From Eledone cirrhosa (taxonomy: Eukaryota): DNA of 64,000 bases. Both the position numbers and the translations under genes were made by a program. Below are positions 51,855 to 64,000 of the stretch, in pieces. Under the pieces are notes generated by a model. The model ran no database searches, was not told the origin of the DNA, and was given only the letters and a program-made list of their open reading frames with translations. The stretch's first letter is position 1, and each line of letters opens with the position of its first letter. The stretch is from contig OZ024757.1 of NCBI GenBank assembly GCA_964016885.1, positions 7,192,001 through 7,256,000 on the forward strand. Reading direction: 5' to 3'.

Positions 51855-52205
51855 TTAAGGTAGACCCGCTACTTCTCTGAATTGAGAATAATAGGGTTTT
51901 TGTCCAGTATGTGTTCTTTTGTATACAGTTAAATTACTGTTGGAAGCAAAATATTTCCCACATATTTCACAGTGACAGGGTTTGTCTTTAATATGTATGT
52001 GTTTGTGTGTAGATACTTCATCTTCTGATGCGAAAGTTTTCCTACAAATCTCACAGCTATATTCAGGAATATTTCTGTGTAATGATCCATGTTCAGTACA
52101 TGTTTCACTAGATAGAAGTTTCTCACCACTGTATGACTGTGTAACTGTATCTATATTGGTAGAAACAGCTGTGTTAGAAATGTCCAACTGTTTAACGTCC
52201 TCCAT
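51855..52205 (-). CDS. C2H2-ZNF locus 4: open 116-aa frame, one canonical and one degenerate finger, truncated (probably pseudogenic)
   Basis: CEICRKTF...HKHIH; CEICGKYF...YKRTH; then unrelated sequence. Confidence 0.6.
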   Translation of the reverse strand: MEDVKQLDISNTAVSTNIDTVTQSYSGEKLLSSETCTEHGSLHRNIPEYSCEICRKTFASEDEVSTHKHIHIKDKPCHCEICGKYFASNSNLTVYKRTHTGQKPYYSQFREVAGLP

Positions 52206-55200
52206 AGTAATTCTTGAAGTATATTTAACAGTTGAGAATTGATATTACAGTGAAGAAAATGTTTGTGTGTATGTGTTCTATTGAAACACTACTGTGTTGT
52301 TCTGGGCCTATCTCAGTAGAATTTCAAATGGTAGATGGACATATTCTACAATCACTTTAATATAGATTTAAACAAAGATGGTAGAATGGCAGAATTGGTA
52401 GAGCACCAGATAAAATATTATTGCAGTATTTGTTCTGGTTCTTAACATTCCCAGTTCAAATCCTGCCAAGGTCAAATAATTATTTCAACATTCTAGAGTT
52501 GATAAAATATATTACCAGTTATGTATTGGGGTTGGTTTAATCAACTTTGCTCCTCTCCTAAATCTGCTGCTCTTGAGCCTAATTTACAAACCAACAGAGA
52601 TTTAACTAGTTTTAGCAAATAATATTTGTTGCTTCATATTTCTTGAAACATTTCTTATAATTGACTGTGACTAACAACAATCAGTAAACTATACCATCAC
52701 TACCCCTAATGATACAAACCTGGACAGTGTGGGAGAATTCTCTCTGGCATGGAGAACATTAGGTACCAGCTACCTTGTGGTCCCAGGAGAGGATAGAATA
52801 GTGAAATGGGGTTACCCTGGGGGACAGCAAGTGAGATGTGTTGAAATAGCTTTTAAAACCTGTGGGGCTTTCTCCTGTGTGTGGAAAACTCCCCCCTGAT
52901 AAGAGTTAGTAGGGAGCTGGTATAGGGACCAAGTCTGACAATTGTCTCCACCACTATAGTTTAACAAGACACTCCTGTGTGTTGCTAACTCCACCCTGAT
53001 AACAGTTAGTAGGGAGGTAGTTTAGGGACCAAGTCTGTCAATTGTTTCCACCACTATTGTTTAACAAGACACTCCTGTGTGTGGCCAACTCCACCCTGAT
53101 AACAGTTAGTAGGGAGGTGGTATAGGGACCAAGTCTGACAATTGTCTCCACCACTATAGTTTAACACGACACTCCTGTGGGTGGCCAACTCCACCCTGAT
53201 AACAGTTAGTATGGAGGTGGTATAGGGACCAAGTCAGACAATTGTCTCCACCACTATAGTTTAACAAGACACTCCTGTGGGTGGCCAACTCCACTCTGAT
53301 AACAGTTAGTAGGGAGGTGGTATAGGGACCAAGTCTGACAATTGTCATCCACCACTATAGTTTAACAAGACACTCCTGTGTGTTGCTAACTCCACCCTGA
53401 TAACAGTTAGTAGGGAGGTGGTATAGGGACCAAGTCTGACAATTGTCTCCACCACTATAGTTTAACAATACACTCCTGTGGGTGGCTAACTCTACCCTGA
53501 TAACAGTTAGTAGGGAGGTGGTATAGGGACCAAGTCTGACAATTGTCTCCACCACTATAGTTTAACAAGACACTCCTGTGTGTGGCTAACTCCACCCTGA
53601 TAACAGTTAGTAGGGAGGTGGTATAGGGAGCAAGTCTGACAATTGTCTCCACCACTATAGTTTAACAAGACACTCCTGTGGGTGGCCAACTCCACCCTGA
53701 TAACAGTTAGTAGGGAGGTGGTATAGGGACCAAGAACGCCAGAAATCTCCATTACTACAAGTTCAACAACAAACAACTAATACTTCAACAGTTTGTGATA
53801 TTTTGTGACTAAGTTTTCATTTTTCTTGTTACTTTAGGGAGACAATGATACCACCAAAGTTAGTGGCCCTATAACCAGGATATTGTCAAATTTCTAAATT
53901 TCAGTTGTAAAATATACGAAGAGTGATAGAATTTCAATGATTTTAAACAATATTGAAGTGTTTGTGTTAGATGTATTAAAACTACTTACAAGATGATATC
54001 ATTACATATGGTGTTAATAGCAGAGATATAGATGGGTGTTAGATGTATTAAAACTACTTACAAGATGATATCATTACATATGGTGTTAATAACAGAGATA
54101 TAGATGGGTGTTAGATGTATTAAAACTACTTACAAGATGATATCATTACATATGGTGTTAATAACAGAGATATAGATGGGTGTTAGATGTATTAAAACTA
54201 CTTACAAGATGATATCATTACATATGGTGTTAATAACAGAGATATAGATGAGTGTTAGATGTATTAAAACTACTTACAAGATGATATCATTACATATGGT
54301 GTTAATAACAGAGATTTAGATGGGTGTTAGATGTATTAAAACTACTTACAAGGTGATATCATTACATATGGTGTTAATAGCAGAGATTTAGATGGGTGTT
54401 AGATGTATTAAAACTACTTACAAGATGATATCATTACATATGGTGTTAATAACAGAGATTTAGATAGGTGTTAGATGTATTAAAACTACTTACAAGGTGA
54501 TATCATTATATATGGTGTTAATAACAGAGATTTAGATGGGTGTTAGATGTATTAAAACTACTTACAAGATGATATCATTACATATGGTGTTAATAACAGA
54601 GATTTAGATGGGTGTTAGATGTATTAAAACTACTTACAAGGTGATATCATTACATATGGTGTTAATAGCAGAGATTTAGATGGGTGTTAGATGTATTAAA
54701 ACTACTTACAAGATGATATCATTACATATGGTGTTAATAACAGAGATTTAGATGGTTGTTAGATGTATTAAAACTACTTACAAGATGATATCATTACATA
54801 TGGTGTTAATAACAGAGATTTAGATGGGTGTTAGATGTATTAAAACTACTTACAAGATGATATCATTACATATGGTGTGAATAACAGAGATTTAGATGGG
54901 TGTTAGATGTATTAAAACTACTTACAAGGTGATATCATTACATATGGTGTTAATAACAGAGATTTAGATGGGTGTTAGATGTATTAAAACTACTTACAAG
55001 GTGATATCATTACATATGGTGTGAATAACAGAGATTTAGATGGGTGTTAGATGTATTAAAACTACTTACAAGGTGATATCATTACATATGGTGTTAATAA
55101 CAGAGATTTAGATGGGTGTTAGATGTATTAAAACTACTTACAAGGTGATATCATTACATATGGTGTTAATAACAGAGATTTAGATAGGTGTTAGATGTAT

Positions 55201-55441
55201 TAAAACTACTTACAAGATGATATCATTACATATGGTGTTAATAACAGAGATTTAGATGGGTGTTAGATGTATTAAAACTACTTACAAGGTGATATCATTA
55301 CATATGGTGTTAATAACAGAGATTTAGATAGGTGTTAGATGTATTAAAACTACTTACAAGATGATATCATTACATATGGTGTTAATAACAGAGATTTAGA
55401 TGGGTGTTAGATGCATTAAAACTACTTACAAGATGATATCA

Positions 55442-58075
55442 AGCCTGGCTGGTCAACATCGCTCGGCTCAGGAGGCTCCGGAAGATCCCACTCAGGATCC
55501 CAAGAGCGGCACGAGTGCCGGTAGTCGATTCCCTCACTTCCTCGATTGAGAGCGCCCTGGACTCCAATCGGGCCAGTGACTGGGAGCGGCTGTTCTATTT
55601 CGCCCCACTCGCCCTCGGCCTCCCCAGCTCTGGCGCTGACCAGGGTGGCCGGTCAACAGCAGCCTTTGTCAAGGCCAATGTCTTGTCATTTGGGCGAGCG
55701 CCCATTCCAAGCGTGCCCGGGACTCCACACACCCCACCCTCACGTACCCCCTATCTTCCACCCCCGAGGCTATCGCCAAGCGTTTGCGTGCCAAGGTAAA
55801 CACAAAGCTTATCATGGGTGATGTCTCGGCCGCAGTCAGAGTTGTTGCTTCAGAGGACACTGTCCTCCAACCCACCGAGGAGGTCTTGGCTGCTCTACGG
55901 CTCAAACACCCTGAGCCACCCACTGCTCTCAGACCCATACCCCCACCTGCTCCTTGTGGCTACTGATGCAGATATCATGTCCGCCATCAGGTCCTTCCCA
56001 GCTAGCAGCTGCGGAGGTGTTGATGGTCTCCGACCAGGCTACCTCAAGGAGTTGACACCCCCCTTCTCCGCTGAGGCCTGGCGCCGCCGTCTGAGTGCAA
56101 TTGTGACGCTCACCAATAGGCTCATTCATGGTGCCCTCGACTCTTACGCCCGAGGCCTCTTTTTTTCAGCCAGCCTCACCGCTCTCAGGAAGAAAGAGGG
56201 TGGCATACGCCCCATCGCTGTGGGCAATGTCTTCCGGAGGCTGGCTGCCAAGGTGATCTGCAAGTCCGTCACACACGAACTGGGTGAGGAGTTTATTCCG
56301 GTGCAACTGGGTGTCGGCGTGTCCGGTGGCTGCGAGGGAGCCTCTCATGCAATCAGGCAGTTCTTCAGCAGCTGCCCATCGGTACCGACATTCAGGGACT
56401 CCAGGCACCTCATTGTCAAGCTTGACATGAGGAATGCCTTCAACTCTTTACGCTGGGATCATCTGCTGGAGGCCTGCCTCAGCCGAGCCCCCTCAGCCTA
56501 CCCGCTGGCCTACCTGTCATATGGAGCCCCGAGCATGCTCCTAGCTGCTGATACGGTCATACCCTCGGCTACTGGGGTCCAGCAGTGCGACCTTTTGTGA
56601 CCCCTCCTGTTCGCCCTTGGTATTGACCACATCGCCCGGAGTATCACGGCCCCTCTCAACGTTTGGTATCTGGATGATGCTACGTGGAGCGGGCCCGTAC
56701 GGACGGTCTGCCATGACCTTCAATCGGTGATTCCTGCTCTGGTGGGAATCGGCCTCCAGGTCAGCTCAGCCAAGTCGGAAGTGGTGAACGTCAGCCTCGA
56801 TGCTGTGAGCTTTGCAGCCTCCGCCCTGGACGTGCGGTTCATTCTCCGCCAGGTTCAGGTGACCCCCAGCTCTCTTTCTGCTGAGGAACTGCTTCGCCAT
56901 GCCGAAGCTCCTCTATACACTCCGCAGCACTACATGATACACCCAGACATCTCTCCTCGCTGACCTCGATACTTGTATCCGAGCAGCAGCCGAGGGGATA
57001 TGCAACGTCAAGTTTGACGACATAGGGTGGCAACAGGCCACTTTACCAATCAGGTATGGCGGCCTTCGCCTCCAGTCCCCGATCTCAGTAGCTTTGCCGG
57101 CGTATCTTTCGTCGGTAACCTCGTCAGCAGGGTTTTTCAAAACACAACAGAACCCTCTGTGTTCAGATAACGTGAGGCCGCCTTTGAGACGTGGGACCGG
57201 CTGGGACTTAGCCCAGTAGACGTCCCTCCTCCTTCTCCCCCTGTTGACGTCAAGTCCCCCCCAACGCAATTGGGATGCCATCCAGTGCAGCCTGGCCTCA
57301 GACAGGCTCACGCGCCAGCTCGACCAGCACCGCCTTGCTTGTTTTCGTGCGGCCTCCAAACCCCACAGTGGTGCCATGCTCTGCCCTCCTTCTGCACTGG
57401 CACACAGCTGGATAACCATAGCCTGCGCATCGGCGTTTCCTTGAGGCTCGGCCTCACACAATGTTGCTGCGGTTCCACCGTGGACTCTTTCGGCCTCCAC
57501 CCGCTTTCCTGTCGCCACAGTGCCGGTCGCATTCTACGCCATACTGCCCTCAACGAGGTTATTAAGCATGGCTTGGACGCTGCAGGCTTCTCTTCCCAGC
57601 TTGAGCCGGTGGGGCTGGATCGAGGGGACGGCAAAAGGCCAGATGGCATGACCATCTTCCCGTTTCGCGGGGGAAAACCCCTCGTCTGGCATGCCACTTG
57701 CACCGACACTTTCTGCAGCCACAACCTGGTGCAGTCTGCGACTGACCCAGGTTCTGCTGCACGTCGGGCTGAGGGGGCCAAACTCCTCAAATACCGGTCG
57801 CTCTCCGACAGGTTTGTAGTCGTACCCCTGGAAGTGGAAACTTCTGGTGTCCTCGGCTCCAGGGCTACCTCCTTACTCACCACCATAGGCGCTGAGCTGG
57901 CCAGCCGTAGGTGTGAGCCCCGGGAGTTGGAGTGGCTTTTCCAGCGCGTCTCCCTTGCCGTCCTCCGTGGAAACGCCTTCTCCATTCTGTCCGCCGGGGC
58001 TGTGGGTGGGCCCCATCACGTACCAATACATTAGTTAAATACCATTCTTTCATCCCAGTAGAGTTAAATAAACAT
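55442..58075 (+). mobile_element. CRE-clade non-LTR retrotransposon (RT plus restriction-like endonuclease), 5'-truncated and disrupted
   Basis: GGIRPIAVGNVFRRL, QLGVG, KLDMRNAFNS, GVQQCDLL*PLLF, WYLDD, YGGL, C-C-G...H..SC, RH..LN, GDGKRPDG, PLEVETSG, LFQRVSLAVLRGNA; GC-rich relative to flanks. Confidence 0.88.
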
Positions 58076-58085
58076 GTTTGTGGTC

Positions 58086-61000
58086 ATATACACACATACA
58101 TACATATATGGCGACATACACAACTATACATATACACACATACATATATGGCGACATACACAAATATACATATACACACATACATACATACATATATGGC
58201 GACGTACACAAATATACATATACACACATACATACATATATGGCGACATACACAACTATACATATACACACATACATATATGGCGACATACACAAATATA
58301 CATATACACATATACACACATACATATATGGCGACGTACACAAATATACATATACACACATACATACATATATGGCGACATACACAAATATACATATACA
58401 CACATACATACATACATATATGCCGACATACACAAATATACATATACACACATACATACATACATATATGGCGACATACACAAATATACATATACACACA
58501 TACATACATACATATATGGCGACATACACAAATATACATATACACACATACATACATACATATATGGCGACGTACACAAATATACATACACACACATACA
58601 TACATATATGGCAACATACACAAATATACATATACACACATACATACATATATGGCGACATACACAAATATACATATACACACATACATATATGGCGACA
58701 TACACAAATATACATATACACACACACATACATACATATATGGCGACATACACAAATATACACATACACACATACATACATACATATATGGCGACGTACA
58801 CAAATATACATATACACACATACATACATATATGGCGACATACACAAATATACATACACACACATACATACATATATGGCGACGTACACAAATATACATA
58901 TACACACATACATACATATATGGCGACATACACAAATATACATATACACACATACATACATATATGGCGACATACACAACTATACATATACACACATACA
59001 TACATATATGGCAACATACACAAATATACATATACACACATACATACATACATATATGGCGACGTACACAAATATACATATACACACATACATACATATA
59101 TGGCGACGTACACAAATATACATATACACACATACATAGATATATGGCGACATACACAAATATACATATACACACATACATACATATATGGCGACATACA
59201 CAAATATAAATACACACACATACATACATATATGGCAACATAAACAAATATACATATACACACATACATACATATATGGCGACATACACAAATATACATA
59301 TACACACATACATACATACATATATGGCGACGTACACAAATATACATATACACACATACATACATATATGGCGACATACACAAATATACATACACACACA
59401 CACATACATACATATATGGCGACGTACACAAATATACATACACACACATACATACATATATGGCGACATACACAAATATACATACACACACATACATACA
59501 TACATATATGGCGACGTACACAAATATACATATACACACACACATACATACATATATGGCGACGTACACAAATATACATATACACACATACATACATATA
59601 TGGCGACATACACAAATATACATATACACACACACATACATATATGGCGACGTACACAAATATACAATACTTATACACACATACATACATATATGGTGAC
59701 GTACACAATATACATATACACACACACATACATACATATATGGCGACGTACACAAATATACATATACACACATACATACATATATGGCGACATACACAAA
59801 TATACATATACACACATACATACATATATGGCGACATACACAAATATACACATACATACATACATGCATATATGGCGACATACACAAATATACATATACA
59901 CACATACATACATATATGGCAACATACACAAATATACATATACATACACACATACATATATGGCGACATACACAAATATACATATACACACATACATATA
60001 TGGCGACGTACACAAATATACATATACACACATACATACATACATGGCGACGTACACAGATATACATACACACACATACACACATACATATATGGCGACG
60101 TACACAAATATACATATACACACATACATACATATATGGCGACATACACAAATATACATATACACACATACATATATGGCGACATACACAAATATACATA
60201 TACACACATACATACATATATGGCGACGTACACAAATATACATACACACATACATACATATATGGCGACATACACAAATATACACATACATACATACATA
60301 CATATATGGCGACGTACACAAATATACATATACACATATACATACATATATGGCGGCAGACACAAATATACATATACACACATACATACATATATGGCGA
60401 CATACACAAATATACATATACACACACACATACATACATATATGGCGACGTACACAAATATACACATACACACATACATACATGCATATATGGCGACGTA
60501 CACAAATATACATATACACACATACATACATACATATATGGCGACATACACAAATATACATATACACACATACATATATGGCGACATACACAAATATACA
60601 TATACACACATACATACATATATGGCGACATACACAAATATACATATACACACATACATACATATATGGCGACATACACAAATATACATATACACACATA
60701 CATACATACATATATGGCGACATACACAAATATACACATACACACATACATACATACATATATGGCGACGTACACAAATATACATATACATACATACATA
60801 CATATATGGCGACATACACAAATATACATATACACACATACATAGATACATATATGGCGACATACACAAATATACATATACATACATACATACATACATA
60901 TATGGCGACATACACAAATATACATATACACACATACATACATATATGGCGACATACACAAATATACATATACACACATACATACATACATATATGGCGA

Positions 61001-64000
61001 CATACACAAATATACATATACACACATACATACATATATGGCGACATACACAAATATACATACACACACATACATACATATATGGCGACATACACAAATA
61101 TACATACACACACATACATACATATATGGCGACATACACAAATATACATATACACACATACATATATGGCGACATACACAAATATACATATACACACACA
61201 CATACATATATGGCGACATACACAAATATACATATACACATACATACATACATATATGGCGACGTACACAAATATACATATACACACACACATACATATA
61301 TGGTGACATACACAAATATACATACACACACATACATACATATATGGCGACATACACAAATATACATACACACACATACATACATATATGGCGACATACA
61401 CAAATATACATATACACACATACATACATACATATATGGCGACATACACAAATATACATATACACACATACATACATATATGGCGACGTACACAAATATA
61501 CATATACACACATACATACATATATGGCGACATACACAAATATACATACACACACATACATACATATATGGCGACATACACAAATATAAATACACACACA
61601 TACATACATATATGGCGATGTACACAAATATACATATACACATACATACATACATATATGGCGACGTACACAAACATACATATACACACATACATACATA
61701 CATATATGGCGACGTACACAAATATACACATACACATACATACATACATATATGGCGACATACACAAATATACATATACACACATACATACTTATATGGC
61801 GACATACACAAATATACATATACACACATACATACATATATGGCGACATACACAAATATACATATACACACATACATACATACATATATGGCGACGTACA
61901 CAAATATACATACACACACATACATACATATATGGCAACATACACAAATATACATATACACACATACATACATATATGGCGACGTACACAAATATACATA
62001 CACACACATACATACATATATGGCAACATACACAAATATACATATACACACATACATACATACATATATGGCGACATACACAAATATACATATACACACA
62101 CACATACATACATATATGGCGACATACACAAATATACACATACACACATACATACATACATATATGGCGACGTACACAAATATACATATACACACATACA
62201 TACATACATACATATATGGGGACATACACAAATATACATATACACACATACATACATATATGGCGACATACACAAATATACATATACACACATACATACA
62301 TATATGGCGACGTACACAAATATACATATACACACATACATAGATATATGGCGACATACACAAATATACACATACACACATACATACATACATATATGGC
62401 GACATACACAAATATAAATACACACACATACATACATATATGGCAACATACACAAATATACATATACACACATACATACATATATGGCGACATACACAAA
62501 TATACACATACACACATACATACATACATATATGGCGACATACAGAAATATACATATACACACATACATACATATATGGCGACATACACAAATATACATA
62601 TACACACATACATACATATATGGCGACATACACAAATATACATACACACACATACATACATACATATATGGCGACGTACACAAATATACATATACACACA
62701 CACATACATACATATATGGCGACGTACACAAATATACATACACACACATACATACATATATGGCGACATACACAAATATACATACACACACATACATACA
62801 TACATATATGGCGACGTACACAAATATACATATACACACACACATACATACATATATGGCGACGTACACAAATATACATACACACACATACATACATATA
62901 TGGCGACATACACAAATATACATACACACACATACATACATACATATATGGCGACGTACACAAATATACAATACTTATACACACATACATATATGGCGAC
63001 GTACACAAATATACATATACACACATACATACATATATGGCGACGTACACAGATATACATACACACACATACATACATATATGGCGACATACACAGATAT
63101 ACATATACACACATACATATATGGCGACGTACACAAATATACATATACACACATACATACATACATATATGGCGACATACACAAATATACATATACACAC
63201 ATACATACATACATATATGGCGACATACACAAATATACATATACACACATACATATATGGCGACATACACAAATATACATATACACACATACATACATAT
63301 ATGGCGACATACACAGATATACATATACACACATACATATATGGCGACGTACACAAATATACATATACACACATACATACATATATGGCGACATACACAA
63401 ATATACATATACACACATACATACATATATGGTGACATACACAAATATACATATACACATACATACATACATATATGGCGACATACACAAATATACATAT
63501 ACACACATACATACATATATGGCGACATACACAAATATACATATATACACATACATACATATATGGCGACGTACACAAATATACACATACACACATACAT
63601 ACATGCATATATGGCGACGTACACAAATATACATATACACACATACATACATACATGGCGACATACACAAATATACATATACACACATACATATATGGCG
63701 ACATACACAAATATACATATACACACATACATACATACATATATGGCGACATACACAAATATACATATACACACATACATACATACATATATGGCGACAT
63801 ACACAAATATACATATACACACATACATACATACATATATGGTGACATACACAAATATACATATACACACATACATACATACATATATGGTGACATACAC
63901 AAATATACATATACACACATACATACATATATGGCGACATACACAAATATACATACACACACATACATACATGCATATATGGCGACGTACACAAATATAC
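58086..64000. repeat. 38-46-bp satellite (catatatggcgacRtacacaaatatacatatacaca[cata]n), >5.9 kb, runs off the window
   Basis: Near-invariant TATGGCGAC core in CA/TA microsatellite-like spacer; source of the very long pseudo-ORFs. Confidence 0.95.

Noticed and set aside
57932-63994. ORFs up to 1670 aa rich in Y/H/T/I or M/C/V/Y
   Set aside because: Stop-poor satellite open in most frames on both strands; no coding signal

Overview
AT-rich, repeat-saturated animal DNA, not prokaryotic. The repeat types and simple tandem C2H2 zinc-finger genes suggest an octopus or other coleoid cephalopod (inference). Host-gene content: four minus-strand C2H2-ZNF loci, all disrupted or truncated, in an ~11 kb tandem segmental duplication (~34.5-44.3 kb vs ~45.7-55.4 kb), plus a ZNF scrap at 18.9 kb. 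There are also the last three exons of a death-domain gene with an in-frame TGA (14.0-17.0 kb, missed by the ORF track) and a probable transferrin-family remnant. Mobile elements: RTE LINEs whose RT carries an inserted C4HC3 PHD-like finger, a second BovB/AviRTE-like RTE lineage, Rex3-like and CR1-like scraps, a GC-rich CRE-clade element, Penelope remnants with type-I hammerhead ribozyme motifs, a Helitron fragment, Tc1/pogo MITEs and two tRNA-derived SINE families. Several of the ~10 tandem arrays trace directly to pieces of retroelements. A long inverted repeat carries a histone-type stem-loop in each arm with no histone gene. The long Y/I/H/T/C/V-rich ORFs are satellite artefacts. Coordinates were read by eye and are approximate; no searches were run.
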